NCBI GenBank assembly: GCA_965223325.1
Contig: CBDCWI010000002.1
Span: 1,792,001 to 1,856,000, forward strand
Source of the DNA: Candidatus Multivoradales bacterium
Lineage (GTDB): Bacteria; Acidobacteriota; Thermoanaerobaculia; Multivoradales; Multivoraceae
Length of the DNA: 64,000 bases
Direction: 5' to 3'
Shown here piece after piece: positions 9,979 to 20,355 of the stretch (positions are counted from its first letter, which is position 1; every line of letters begins with the position of its first letter). Made by a program: the position numbers and the translations under genes. The notes under the pieces were generated by a model that worked only from the letters and a program-made list of their open reading frames with translations, had not been told where the DNA came from and ran no database searches.

Positions 9979-10556
9979 AGTGGCGCGCGGAAGATTTCTC
10001 GGAGCTCGGTGAAATAGCCGCTCACCTCGATGGTGATGGTCGCTGGCTGGTCGCTGTCGTTGCGCCAGTACCAGCCGTGCATCCCTGAGTACGGCGCACG
10101 AATGGAACCGTGACCCTCGGTCACCGTCTCTTCCTCGACGTACCTCAGGTTGGTGTCGTTGAGGTCGTTGTAGGGCTCGGCGTGAAAGTCGGTGTAGAGG
10201 GCCGGGCCGTCGCTCTTCCACGAGAAAAGTGCGGTATGGCCTGTGACCATGCCGATCTTGACTTCGATCTGCTCGCGCGGTGCCAACGGCACGGTCATCG
10301 TCTCGGTGCGGTGGGGAGCGTCGCGCCTGGTGGTGATGGCTGCGTCGGCGGCGGCAATGTCGTCGGCCTGGCTCGGCCCGGAACCGAGACCATCCAGACC
10401 CAGGAGTCGTCCGGCACCGGTTGGGTCGAGTTGATACTCCGCCGGCAACACCACGGTCACCAGCAACACGGCCGCCACGATCAGAGTGGCCAACAGCGTC
10501 CACAAGATTTTGCGGCGCGAAGGCGGCGGCGGTACGTCACGTTCTGGTTCGATCAC
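9975..10556 (-). CDS. Transmembrane anchor protein associated with HupE/UreJ permease
   Basis: VLPAEYQLDPTGAG, DFHAEP, GMHGWYWRN; coupled to HupE/UreJ gene (GTGA overlap). Confidence 0.75.
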   Translation of the reverse strand: MIEPERDVPPPPSRRKILWTLLATLIVAAVLLVTVVLPAEYQLDPTGAGRLLGLDGLGSGPSQADDIAAADAAITTRRDAPHRTETMTVPLAPREQIEVKIGMVTGHTALFSWKSDGPALYTDFHAEPYNDLNDTNLRYVEEETVTEGHGSIRAPYSGMHGWYWRNDSDQPATITIEVSGYFTELREIFRAPL

Positions 10557-11272
10557 GCTGAGCCACCGTTCATGAAGTAGCCCGTCAGTTGGTAGCCCAC
10601 GAGAACGAAGCCGGCAACCATGAGGAGGGCATTGGTGCGATAGCCATGGCGCTCGAAGCGACCACTGGCACGCCAGGCGTTGAAAAGCACCAGAATCACC
10701 GACAGGGCGAGGACCTGACCGATCTCGACACCAGCGTTGAAGGCCAGCATGTTGCCAACCAGCCCCTCGCGCGAGAGGGCGACTCCTTGAAGCTTGGTGG
10801 CCAATCCGAAACCGTGAAAGAGACCGAATATCAGCACCGCTCCACGGGTATCGAACGGCAGACCGAGTGCCCGAAAGCCCCCAATGTTCTCGAACCCCTT
10901 GTAGGCCACCGACAGGCCCACCACCGCATCGACCAGAAACGGATTGGCGTGAACACCGCCGAGAACTCCGATCAAGAGAGTCAAACTGTGACCGATGGTG
11001 AACAAGGTGACGTAGAGCGCAACGTCCTTCAACCGATACAGGAAGAAGATCACGCCGGCTAGAAACAAGAGATGATCGAAGCCAGTCACCATGTGCTTGG
11101 CGCCCAGGTAGGCGTAGGGCCCGATCGCCAGGCCAGCGTTTCGCAGCATGAACTGCTCGTCACGACCGGCAACGTTGTGGGCGGCTGCCAGATCAGCGAA
11201 GAGGAACACGGCAGATGCGGCGACAAGCAACAGCCACCATCGCCGCGAAACTCTCGCCGGTGGGTTCGCGAT
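10553..11272 (-). CDS. HupE/UreJ family metal (Ni/Co) transporter; start codon uncertain
   Basis: AAAHNV after a signal peptide, LGAKHMVTGFDHLLFL, FTIGHSLTL, FGLFHGFGLA, FNAGVEIGQ. The N-terminal part of the 584-aa track ORF is antisense to ilvA. In-frame TTG alternatives at 11230 and 11341. Confidence 0.85.
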   Translation of the reverse strand: MANPPARVSRRWWLLLVAASAVFLFADLAAAHNVAGRDEQFMLRNAGLAIGPYAYLGAKHMVTGFDHLLFLAGVIFFLYRLKDVALYVTLFTIGHSLTLLIGVLGGVHANPFLVDAVVGLSVAYKGFENIGGFRALGLPFDTRGAVLIFGLFHGFGLATKLQGVALSREGLVGNMLAFNAGVEIGQVLALSVILVLFNAWRASGRFERHGYRTNALLMVAGFVLVGYQLTGYFMNGGSA

Positions 11273-11365
11273 ATGGTTCCCACCCCTTCTGCGCGGGCCG
11301 ACCGGGCATGACGGGATGACCCCGCGCAGCCCTTCGAACAAGCCAATCTTCAAGATCTCTCCCTG

Positions 11366-12928
11366 GTGACCAAAGGCAGTATAGCCACACCCGATCCGGC
11401 CTACTTGCTGCGCATCCTGGCAGCCAGGGTCTACGACGTCGCGGTCGAAACGCCGCTCACCGAAGCGACCGGAATCTCGCGCCGCCTCGGCTGTCGCGTG
11501 CTGCTCAAGCGTGAAGACCTGCAGTCGGTGTTCTCGTTCAAGCTGCGCGGGGCCTACAACAAGATCGCCCACCTCGCGGCCGATGAGCAGAAGCGTGGCG
11601 TCATCTGCGCCTCGGCCGGCAACCACGCCCAGGGCGTCGCCCTGGCAGCCAAGCGCCTGGGAACGCGAGCTGTCGTCGTCATGCCCGAGACCACGCCGAA
11701 GATCAAAGTCGAAGCGGTACACGCGCTCGATGGCGAAGTTGTCCTCTGCGGCGAGACTTACGACGATGCCTATCTCGAGGCCAGGGGGCGGGCCGACCGC
11801 GAGGGGCTGGTCTTCGTTCATCCATTCGACGACCCCGAGGTCATTGCCGGCCAGGCAACCATCGGTCAGGAAATCCTGCGGCAGCACGAGGCGCCGCTCG
11901 AAGCCGTCTTCGTGCCGGTTGGCGGCGGCGGTCTGGCGGCTGGAGTGGCGTTCTGGATCAAGACTCTGCGGCCCGAGATCGAGGTCTGGGGTGTCGAACC
12001 CGAAGATGCAGCGGCGATGCACGCCGCCTTCGAAGCCGGCGAGCCAACGACTCTCGACGAGGTCGGAACATTCGTCGACGGTGTCGCTGTGCGACGTGTT
12101 GGTGCGGAGACCTACCGCTTGTGCCGTCAATACCTCGACGGCATTATCCTGGTCACGACCGACGAGGTCTGCGCGGCCATTCGCTCGGTCTTCGAAGACA
12201 CCCGCGCGATCATGGAACCAGCCGGGGCCCTGGCCGTCGCCGGATTGATTCGCCACATGAGCGAGCGCTCGGTGGGTGGCGATCCCGAAGACGACCAGGC
12301 GACGCACGTCGCGATCACCGGCGGCGCGAACATGAACTTCGACCGTCTACGTCACATCGCCGAGCGCACCGATCTCGGCGCCGGTCGCGAAGCTCTTCTG
12401 GCCGTCGAGATCCCCGAGCGCAAGGGAAGCTTCGAGAGGTTCTGCAGCGTCATCGGTGAACGCCACGTCACCGAGTTCAACTATCGCTTTGGCGATCCCG
12501 AGCGCGCCGCGATCTTCGTGGGGGTCGAACTGCGTCACCACGACGAGCGCCGGGTCCTGATCGAGGAACTGGAAGCGGCCGGCTACCCTGTCGTCGACCT
12601 CTCTGAGAATGAGGCCGCCAAGATGCACGTGCGCTACATGGTCGGCGGCTATGGTCACGGAGTCGAGAACGAGCGCCTCCTGCGCTTCCGGTTTCCCGAG
12701 CGGCGGGGCGCCCTGCGCGATTTTCTCCGCGCGATTGGCAGCCACTACAACATCTCGCTCTTCCACTACCGCAACCACGGCGACGACTCCGGCCGCGTCC
12801 TGGCGGGCCTGCAGGTCCCCGAAGCCCAGTACGACGCTTTCGAAGCTCACCTCGACGACCTGGGTTTCCCCTGGCAAGACGAGTCCGCCAACCCCGCCTT
12901 CCGGCTGTTCCTGGCAACGCGTTCCTGA
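11366..12928 (+). CDS. ilvA: Biosynthetic threonine ammonia-lyase
   Basis: KREDLQSVFSFKLRGAYNK, SAGNHAQG, GANMNFDRL, two C-terminal ACT-like regulatory repeats (FPERRGAL, SLFHYRNHG). Confidence 0.96.
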   Translation: MTKGSIATPDPAYLLRILAARVYDVAVETPLTEATGISRRLGCRVLLKREDLQSVFSFKLRGAYNKIAHLAADEQKRGVICASAGNHAQGVALAAKRLGTRAVVVMPETTPKIKVEAVHALDGEVVLCGETYDDAYLEARGRADREGLVFVHPFDDPEVIAGQATIGQEILRQHEAPLEAVFVPVGGGGLAAGVAFWIKTLRPEIEVWGVEPEDAAAMHAAFEAGEPTTLDEVGTFVDGVAVRRVGAETYRLCRQYLDGIILVTTDEVCAAIRSVFEDTRAIMEPAGALAVAGLIRHMSERSVGGDPEDDQATHVAITGGANMNFDRLRHIAERTDLGAGREALLAVEIPERKGSFERFCSVIGERHVTEFNYRFGDPERAAIFVGVELRHHDERRVLIEELEAAGYPVVDLSENEAAKMHVRYMVGGYGHGVENERLLRFRFPERRGALRDFLRAIGSHYNISLFHYRNHGDDSGRVLAGLQVPEAQYDAFEAHLDDLGFPWQDESANPAFRLFLATRS

Positions 12929-12960
12929 CCGCGCTCCTTTCGGACGCCCTCGAGGCGCCG

Positions 12961-14511
12961 TTACGAGGACGCGACTTCCCGGTCGAGGACTGCGACGGTG
13001 TCGTCGTAGCGACGGCGGGCACCGGCAATGTCTTCAGCAATGGCGAGCACGCCCAGCTTCCCGAACTCAGAAAGCGCACCGATGAGGTGAAAGACCACGC
13101 CTTCTTGTGCCGCACCATGAAAGTGAAGCTGATGACGGGCCGCGATATCGATCAGGTCGTCTGGCACGAGCCCCTGGTACTCGGTGCGTAGCAGGCTGTC
13201 GGTCGCATAGTAGGAACATTGGCGGCCACCGGCGGTCAGGAAGAGACCGGTCTCCTCGTCATAGGAACCGTCGGTCAGAAACTGCAGCATCAGAAACGGA
13301 TGCGTTGTGCCGCCCTTGCGCACGTTGATTTCAATGGCGTAGTGCTGCCAGCCGGTCGCGGTACGTACAGAAACGAAGTCGACTCCGTAGCGCCCCAGGA
13401 CCTTCTGATGTGCCAGTTCGCCGCCGACCTCGAGGCCCATGCGCTGGACGTCGAGTCGATAATCCTCATGGGCTGGGAAGGTCGAGCCCAGGAACATCTG
13501 CCCGGTGGTTCCGCCGAGCTCCTGGTCGTGCGTCGAAACCGGATGCACCTTGCCCAGAGGGTCGATACGCCCCTGCATCGACGGCGACTCTTTGTGGTCG
13601 CCCGCAACGAAACACTCGACGATGCCACCCATCTCGTCGAACATCTCGCTGAAGCGCGGCCACTCGAGTCCCTTCGCTTCACAGCGCACCCGCGCCGGCA
13701 CCTCACGCCTGATCACCGAAGCCAGGTCGGACCCGACTTCGATATCACCGACATCACAGAGGGCATTGCCTTCACCAGAAGCCCCCTGCTCGAGCTTGAT
13801 GACCAGCTTCTCCTGCCCGGGGTTGCGTTGCTTGAGCGCTGCGACCGCGGCCAACAGATCCTCGGTGTCGCGCAGGTCTTCGAAACCGTCCGGGGTGGGT
13901 ACTCCGACCCGTTTGAAGATCTCGCGGGCACCACTCTTGGTTCCCGAGCGCTCGACCGCGGGGTCGCAACCGTAGATCGGCAGCCCAAGACGCACCGCCA
14001 GGGTGCGCTCGAGGGCGGTGACCACGAAGCAGCTCATGTGTGAGTCCGAGCCAACCTCGATCTCTTGACGGATTCTCTCGACCAACCGCGGTCGCGCCAG
14101 GACCTTCTCAGTCAACGGAATCGGTGACGCGTCGTGACAGGCAATGAAGCGCAGCCGCTGATGCGCGTGGGTGCTCGGAATGCCCGGCAACAGGTGCAGG
14201 TAGTACTCGATGATCGACGGATGGATGGGCAGACTGCTCAGGAAGACGAGGCGGGTTCTCGGCATCCGCAACAGGAGCAAGAGGCACAGCATGCGTTCCT
14301 CGTAGTGCTGCACGCCGTCGATGCGTGCCAGGACCTCGGGCTCCATGCTCAAGCTCGGGTTGACGATGATCGTCCGCGGGGCATTGCGATCGGCGAAGAT
14401 CCGCTGGTACTGCTCGATGAACGACGCCTGCAAAGAGTCGAAGGCGTTGAGCTCGAGCTCGCTTCCCGGCACACCAGGGTCAGGACGAGAGTCGCTCTTG
14501 CCCGGAATCAT
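12961..14511 (-). CDS. PGM1-related ATP-grasp peptide ligase
   Basis: HYEERMLCLLLLLRMP N-domain, KLEQGASGEGN, STHDQELGG, YAIEINVRKGGTTHPF, GVVFHLIGALSEFGKLG. Confidence 0.8.
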   Translation of the reverse strand: MIPGKSDSRPDPGVPGSELELNAFDSLQASFIEQYQRIFADRNAPRTIIVNPSLSMEPEVLARIDGVQHYEERMLCLLLLLRMPRTRLVFLSSLPIHPSIIEYYLHLLPGIPSTHAHQRLRFIACHDASPIPLTEKVLARPRLVERIRQEIEVGSDSHMSCFVVTALERTLAVRLGLPIYGCDPAVERSGTKSGAREIFKRVGVPTPDGFEDLRDTEDLLAAVAALKQRNPGQEKLVIKLEQGASGEGNALCDVGDIEVGSDLASVIRREVPARVRCEAKGLEWPRFSEMFDEMGGIVECFVAGDHKESPSMQGRIDPLGKVHPVSTHDQELGGTTGQMFLGSTFPAHEDYRLDVQRMGLEVGGELAHQKVLGRYGVDFVSVRTATGWQHYAIEINVRKGGTTHPFLMLQFLTDGSYDEETGLFLTAGGRQCSYYATDSLLRTEYQGLVPDDLIDIAARHQLHFHGAAQEGVVFHLIGALSEFGKLGVLAIAEDIAGARRRYDDTVAVLDREVASS

Positions 14512-14571
14512 CGCCTTCTCCTTCCAGCCAACGCAGGTTCACTTGTCACCATGACGGCTCTTTGAAAGTTA

Positions 14572-15864
14572 CTACCCATTCGACGCGGCGGCACCCGCCC
14601 TGCGGGAAATCGCAAGCAGGCGCCCTACCAACCCGAGCTGCAGGACGACGAAAAACACGACGACAACCAGCACGTGCCCGGGCGTCTCGACGCTGCCAAC
14701 CCACACAGGATCCCACAACGCCGCCAGCAAGAGCCCAACGACGGCCGCGTTGACTCCATCGAGCGCAGCGCGCAGGCGCTTCTTCGACCGCACGCTCTCC
14801 CAGGCCGGCAACAAACCGCCGACCAGCAGAAACGACGGCAGGTAGAGCGCACAAAGAGCCAGCAAGCCACCCAACACACCGCCGGGGCCAACGTTCGCCG
14901 CTGCGCCAACGAACGCACCGAACGCAAACAGTGGGCCCGGCAGTCCCTGGGCGGCGCCGTAGCCAGCCAGGAAGACCTGTTCGTCGACCAGATCGGTGCG
15001 CACAACCTCGTCCTCGAGCAACGGCAACACCACGTGGCCGCCGCCGAACACCATCGCACCCGAGCGGTAAAGACGCGGCATCAGCTCGGCGTTGCCGGCC
15101 GAGCTGACCAGCGACAAGCTGGCCACCAGCAAGATGGCAAAACCAACGACCGCAACGCGGCCGCCCACTCCTCCACCGCCGCGCACCCAGAGCGTCGCCT
15201 CCTCCTGCGAGCCAGCGCTTTCCAGCTCAACGGTGCGTCCCCATTGCAGGAGGCCGGCTGCCCCCACCAGCGCCGCAACCACGAGCAGTACCAACTGCCA
15301 TCGCGCACCATCGAACGGCGGCGGCAGCGGCACCAACAGCAGTACGAGCACCACCAGGGCCATCAACCGGCGGGGCCAGTCGGGGCAGAGGCGCCTGCCC
15401 ATCTGCCAGCACGCGCGGGCGACGACGGCGACGGCCGCGAGCTCGAGGGCCCTGACCCATCCGGTATTCAAGTCCTCGACGTACGCCAACGACAGCGCAA
15501 ACATGATCATCAGGATCGCCGATGGCAACGTAAAGCCCGTCCAGGCCGCGAAGAGCCCCCGCCAGCCCGCCTGCCGAAAACCGATCCCCATTCCCACCTG
15601 AGAGGAAGCCGGCCCCGGCAGGAATTGGCAGAACGCCACCAGGTCGGCGTACTCGCGGTCGCCGAGCCAGCGATCGCGCTCGACGAAACGTTCGCGAAAG
15701 TAGCCGAGGTGGGCGACCGGGCCGCCGAACGACAAACACCCCAGGCCGAGGAACCGCCAGAACACCTCGAGCGTTCCAACGGCGCCTGGTTCCTGCAGGG
15801 TTGCCGCGTCCCCCCCTTGCCAACCACTCTCTGCCGCTTCCCTGGACTCCCCGCTCTTCGTCAT
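14572..15864 (-). CDS. chrA: Chromate efflux transporter (long-chain CHR family)
   Basis: SFGGPVAHLGYF, CQFLPGPASSQ, VFGGGHVVLPLL, AQGLPGPLF. Confidence 0.93.
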   Translation of the reverse strand: MTKSGESREAAESGWQGGDAATLQEPGAVGTLEVFWRFLGLGCLSFGGPVAHLGYFRERFVERDRWLGDREYADLVAFCQFLPGPASSQVGMGIGFRQAGWRGLFAAWTGFTLPSAILMIMFALSLAYVEDLNTGWVRALELAAVAVVARACWQMGRRLCPDWPRRLMALVVLVLLLVPLPPPFDGARWQLVLLVVAALVGAAGLLQWGRTVELESAGSQEEATLWVRGGGGVGGRVAVVGFAILLVASLSLVSSAGNAELMPRLYRSGAMVFGGGHVVLPLLEDEVVRTDLVDEQVFLAGYGAAQGLPGPLFAFGAFVGAAANVGPGGVLGGLLALCALYLPSFLLVGGLLPAWESVRSKKRLRAALDGVNAAVVGLLLAALWDPVWVGSVETPGHVLVVVVFFVVLQLGLVGRLLAISRRAGAAASNG

Positions 15865-15903
15865 CTAGGCCCCGTCGGCCGATGGATGCGTTGGGGCCAA
15901 GCC

Positions 15904-17568
15904 CTATCTGTCGGCCGCACGGGCGCGGTCGAGGAAGTCCAACTCGGCACGACGCACTCCCTTCTTGACCACCGTCGCGTCGCCAAACACCATCGTCTCG
16001 TCGTCTGCCGAGGTGTAGGTCGGCCACACCGGCAGACCGTCTTCGTTGGGATCGCCATCGCGCGCGAAGCTCACCCAGTAGGCGGCCATTTGATCGCTGA
16101 GCTGGCGATCGCGTTCCTGCCAGGGCCGCTCCTGGCTGTCGAGGGTCCCGAAGACGTAGGCGATCTCAGCCGCGTGGTAGGCGCCGTAGCGCTCGGCCTG
16201 ATTCCCAGGAGGTACGCGCTCGAAGTAGTACGACCAGGCCGGGGACTGAACGCGCTCCATGGCGCGCACCCAACGACGTGCACCCTGGCCGAAGGCACTC
16301 ACGCCGAACGAGTCGAGAAACGACTCGCGCGCCTGCTCGTCGGTGTTGGCGGGATAGAGCGCCAGCAGGTCGTCGGCCAGCTCACCGTAGAGGCCAGAGA
16401 TCATGCTGCGATACTCGGCCGCCGTGTGCACTCCCCCGTCGCCCACCAGAGAAGGACCTTCGTCGGCGTTCCAACCCGTGATCACGGGCACGTCGTTCTG
16501 CTCTCCGGCGGCGAAGATCTCGGCCACCGAACTCGGCAGAAACCAGCCATCGACGTTGCCCGTCGAAGGGAAGTTGACGCCCGGCTCCTTCCAGACTTCG
16601 AGAATCTTCTGCGCCGAAGCGGCGCGCATCGCCTCGAGATTCGGCTCGCCGCCGTCATCTTCGAGCAGCGCATCCACGAAGCGTTGGCCGGCGACCTCGG
16701 CCGCCTCAACCGGGGCGCCACCTCGGGGCCCGACAGAACTCTCTTCGCTCGTGGCTTGACGCAGCGGCCGGGTGTTCCAGGCGGTGCCCGACTCCCCGAT
16801 GACCCCGTGGAAGAGCCCGGCAGCGAGCGGCGAAGCCTGCAGGAAGTGCACGCTCCACGAGCCCGCCGACTCGCCGAAGATGGTGACCCGGTCAGGATCG
16901 CCGCCGAAGGAGCCGATGTTGTTCTGCACCCAGCGTAGCGCCGCGATCTGATCGTGCAGGCCCTGATTCCCAGACGCATCGGGTCCGCCCAGAGAAACGG
17001 ATTCCGCCGACAAGAGCGGGTGGGCGAGGAAGCCGAAAGGCCCGAGCCGATAGTTGATCGTTACCAGTACGACGCCGCGTCGCGCCAGCGCTTCGCCGTC
17101 ATAGGTCGCGCGCCCACCGTGGCCGTTGCGCAGCCCACCGCCGTGAATCCAGACCATCACCGGTTGCTTCTCTGCCGGCGAAGCAGCCGCCGTCCACACA
17201 TTCAAGAACAAACAGTCCTCGCTTACGTCTTCGGCACCCGGGCCGTAGAACGAGTCGGGCGCGCGTGGGTTCTGCATACAAGCCGGCGAGAACTCGGTTG
17301 TATCGCGCACCGAGTCCCAGGCAACGACCGCTTGCGGCGGCCTGAACCGTAGATCCCCAACCGGCGAAGCGGCATAGGGGATTCCTTCATAGATGTGCAC
17401 CGCACCGTCGTCGGTGACCGACCCGCGAATGATCCCGCCCTCGATCACGACATTTCGACCGAGCGTTGCCTGACTCTGGTCGGCGCCGGTCAGGTTGCAA
17501 CCAGTAAGAAGCGCCACCAACACAGCGCAAACGAACACCCCGATCCATCGCTTCTGAATCATCACCAT
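15904..17568 (-). CDS. Type B carboxylesterase, probable lipoprotein
   Basis: SEDCLFLNVW, WIHGGG, FGESAG nucleophile, YHAAEI; LLTGC lipobox-like sequence. Confidence 0.93.
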   Translation of the reverse strand: MVMIQKRWIGVFVCAVLVALLTGCNLTGADQSQATLGRNVVIEGGIIRGSVTDDGAVHIYEGIPYAASPVGDLRFRPPQAVVAWDSVRDTTEFSPACMQNPRAPDSFYGPGAEDVSEDCLFLNVWTAAASPAEKQPVMVWIHGGGLRNGHGGRATYDGEALARRGVVLVTINYRLGPFGFLAHPLLSAESVSLGGPDASGNQGLHDQIAALRWVQNNIGSFGGDPDRVTIFGESAGSWSVHFLQASPLAAGLFHGVIGESGTAWNTRPLRQATSEESSVGPRGGAPVEAAEVAGQRFVDALLEDDGGEPNLEAMRAASAQKILEVWKEPGVNFPSTGNVDGWFLPSSVAEIFAAGEQNDVPVITGWNADEGPSLVGDGGVHTAAEYRSMISGLYGELADDLLALYPANTDEQARESFLDSFGVSAFGQGARRWVRAMERVQSPAWSYYFERVPPGNQAERYGAYHAAEIAYVFGTLDSQERPWQERDRQLSDQMAAYWVSFARDGDPNEDGLPVWPTYTSADDETMVFGDATVVKKGVRRAELDFLDRARAADR

Positions 17569-17611
17569 CTCCGCTCCTACCCTTCTCTGTCTATCGATAC
17601 CCGCGCTCGGT

Positions 17612-17647
17612 GTCTTTCCGAAGGTCTTTCCGAAGGTCTCCTCGAAG
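17612..17647. repeat. 12-bp tandem repeat x3 (GTCTTTCCGAAG)
   Basis: GTCTTTCCGAAG GTCTTTCCGAAG GTCTCCTCGAAG just past the stop at 17653. Confidence 0.8.
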
Positions 17648-17652
17648 GAAGG

Positions 17653-18699
17653 TCAACCGCCGCTCGATGACGCACCGCCGGCAGCTGTGGCCTTGCCCTT
17701 GAGATGCTTGTCGAAGAACGCGATCTCGAGCGCCATCACCTGGTCGAGGTCCTTGCCGCGGTAGACGTCGTAGTGACCGCGCCCCTCGAGCACTACGTAT
17801 TCCACCGGCACGCGCCCGAGGAGCTTCTCGTAGACCAACTGGCCGTGCTCACGAATGTCGAAGTAGTGCTCGTTCTCGGCATCGATGATCAAGACCGGCA
17901 CTTCGATCCTCTCGGCATGTTCGACCGGCACGAAGTCGACGAAGCGATCGTAGTAGGGCGAACCTGTCAGTCCCTCGGGCTTGTCGTCTCCCACCGGCAC
18001 CGGCGCGACCTCACCGCGCGCTCGCGCGATGCGGCTCTTTCGCACCGCCTCTTCGCCGCGCGACCGCAGAGTCCCAGTGCGCTGGTCCATCGCCCCGACC
18101 TGCGCGGCGACCGCAGCCACCCGCTCGTCGTGAGCCGCTCGCCAGATGACGTGGCCGCCGCCAAAGCTCGAGCCCCAGATCGCTATGCGCGACGCGTCTA
18201 CGTGTGGCTCGCCCTCCATGAAGGTGATCGCAGCGTCGATATCTTCTTGTTGGTCTAGTGGGTCGACGAGCTCGCGAATCGCCTGGGCTTTGACCGTGAC
18301 ATAGCCAGAGTCATCGGTTTCGGGCATCTCACCGCGCACCACCAGCCGGGCGTCCGACTCTCCCCAACCGCGGTAGTCAAAAGCCAGAACGACGTAGCCC
18401 GCCGCCGCAAACCGCGGGCCGATCGCCTGGTTGAGGTGGGCCTTGGTGCCTCCCCAGCCATGACAAAGAACGATGGCTGGCAACTCGTCGCCCGGGCCGA
18501 GGCCCTTGGGGCGCAAAACATCACCGGCCAGGCGGGTTCCGTCGCTCCAGATCTCGACGGCAACGCGCTCGACGCCGGGGTATCCCTCGACGTTTTCGGC
18601 CTCGGCCGCCGCCACCGGCGCCCAGGCCACTGCCGCCGACAACACCAACAGGGTGACGAAGACGCAAACGAACGGAAGGTTCTTCGGTCGCATACTCAT
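17653..18699 (-). CDS. Secreted alpha/beta hydrolase (S9/S15-like)
   Basis: CHGWGG, FDYRGWGES, WGSSFGGG nucleophile, GHYDVY; signal peptide. Confidence 0.88.
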   Translation of the reverse strand: MSMRPKNLPFVCVFVTLLVLSAAVAWAPVAAAEAENVEGYPGVERVAVEIWSDGTRLAGDVLRPKGLGPGDELPAIVLCHGWGGTKAHLNQAIGPRFAAAGYVVLAFDYRGWGESDARLVVRGEMPETDDSGYVTVKAQAIRELVDPLDQQEDIDAAITFMEGEPHVDASRIAIWGSSFGGGHVIWRAAHDERVAAVAAQVGAMDQRTGTLRSRGEEAVRKSRIARARGEVAPVPVGDDKPEGLTGSPYYDRFVDFVPVEHAERIEVPVLIIDAENEHYFDIREHGQLVYEKLLGRVPVEYVVLEGRGHYDVYRGKDLDQVMALEIAFFDKHLKGKATAAGGASSSGG

Positions 18700-19007
18700 C
18701 GTGCAGTGCTCCTTCTCGGGTCAAGAGGCAGGTCGACTCGCCGGCCACTCTGCCTCTAGCGTTGCCTCACGTTCATGGTCGGCCAGCGCCCTGGCCGGGT
18801 CGATCGAGGCCCCGGCGAGCGCCGACAGAAGACCGGCGACCGCTTTCAGGCCTCGACGAACTCCGACAGATCGATCCGCCAACAAGTCCTAGCGCTCGTC
18901 GCGCCGTGGGTCCAGGGAGGTAGGTGTAGCGTAGCACCGGGTCAGGGAGGCACCGGCAGAACCGCCCGGCCCGTTTCCTCGTTCTCAATCCAGGAAGACA
19001 CTTCGTC

Positions 19008-20195
19008 GTGCAAAGAGTCATTCCCCGCGTACAAAGCACCGCGCCCTCGCCCATCTCAGAGGCTCTCGGCTGGCTCACAGAGCGTCCCTCCGCTGCCCCG
19101 CCGCTCCTCGATGTCTCGCAAGCGGCTCCAGGCTATCCACCCGCGGAGGCGCTCACCTCGCATCTACGCGACTTCGTATCGCAGCCAGAAAGCGCGCGCT
19201 ACAGCGAACAACTCGGCCTGCCCGCCCTACGCCAAGCCCTGGCCGACGATCTCGAAGAAGTCTACGGTGCAACCGTCGGTGCCTCGCAAGTGGCGATCAC
19301 GGCGGGCTGCAACCAGGCATTCACTCTCACGATCGATGCTCTCGCCGAACCGGGCGACGCGGTCATGCTGCCGCTACCCTGGTACTTCAACCACAACATG
19401 TGGCTCGACATGCGCGGCATCGAAACGGTTTCGATCCCGACCGACTCAGAGGGCCTGCCGGATCCAGAAGCCACGGGCCGTGCCCTCACGGATCGGGTGC
19501 GCGCTCTGGTCCTGGTTTCGCCCGGCAATCCAAGCGGCGCCGTGCTCGAACCCGAGCGCGTGTTCGCCTTCGCCCGCCTTGCTCGCGATCGCAACGTCAC
19601 GCTGATCCTCGACGAGACCTACCGTGACTTCCGCGGCGACCCCGCCACCGTCGGCCGCCCTCACGAGCTCTTCAGAGAGGCTCACTGGGATCGCCACCTG
19701 GTGCATCTCTACAGCTTCTCCAAGGTCTACGCGATACCCGGGCATCGTGTCGGCGCGCTGGTCGGCTCTCCCGGGCTCCTCGAGCACATCGAGAAGCTCA
19801 TGGATTGCGTTGCCATCTGCCCGCCGGTCCTCGGACAAGAAGCCGCGCGTTTCGGTCTTCTCAACCTGGGCAACTGGCGCGACGACAAGAGCCGCCTACT
19901 CGCCGAACGCCTCGCACAGTTCGCAGTCGCACTGAGAGACTCCGACGGCGGCTTCCGCCTGCGAGCCGCCGGCGCGTTCTTTGCCTGGCTGGAGCACCCG
20001 TTCAACCGACCATCGCGCGAGGTTGCCCGCTACCTGGCCCAACGTCGGGGCGTTCTAGCACTGGCTGGTTCGATGTTCGGACCGCCCGGCGAGACAACCC
20101 TCGACCGCCACCTGCGGCTCTCTTTTGCGAACCTCGACGCATCGCACTATCCAGAGCTGGTCAGCCGCCTGAAAGACATCGGCACTCTCGCCTGA
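19008..20195 (+). CDS. Class I/II PLP aminotransferase
   Basis: ITAGCNQAF, SPGNPSG, ILDETY, YSFSKVYAIPGHRVG. Confidence 0.92.
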   Translation: MQRVIPRVQSTAPSPISEALGWLTERPSAAPPLLDVSQAAPGYPPAEALTSHLRDFVSQPESARYSEQLGLPALRQALADDLEEVYGATVGASQVAITAGCNQAFTLTIDALAEPGDAVMLPLPWYFNHNMWLDMRGIETVSIPTDSEGLPDPEATGRALTDRVRALVLVSPGNPSGAVLEPERVFAFARLARDRNVTLILDETYRDFRGDPATVGRPHELFREAHWDRHLVHLYSFSKVYAIPGHRVGALVGSPGLLEHIEKLMDCVAICPPVLGQEAARFGLLNLGNWRDDKSRLLAERLAQFAVALRDSDGGFRLRAAGAFFAWLEHPFNRPSREVARYLAQRRGVLALAGSMFGPPGETTLDRHLRLSFANLDASHYPELVSRLKDIGTLA

Positions 20196-20355
20196 GTCGG
20201 CGGGGCAAGAAAAGGCTCGGCCAGCTGGTGCAAGTCGCCGAGGGTTGACGCTGGAAAGCACGGGGGCGACAACCGTGTAGAGTGTTGGCTATAGGCGTTT
20301 TTCATTTCTTTTCGCGGACTCTCGTTTTCGAGAGGCCACAACCATTGAGGTTTCT

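Noticed and set aside
11273-12307. N-terminal ~340 aa of the 584-aa HupE/UreJ ORF, suggesting a fusion
   Set aside because: Mostly the reverse complement of ilvA; the real protein begins near the signal peptide.
14674-16938. 754-aa plus-strand ORF and similar long ORFs (1281-2330, 3837-5501, 24789-25811, 28816-30132, 44978-46393)
   Set aside because: Antisense or alternate-frame shadows of well-supported genes, expected at high GC; no recognisable motifs.
18740-19000. Possible small ORF or gene remnant between the hydrolase and the aminotransferase
   Set aside because: No frame gave a recognisable motif or a convincing RBS.
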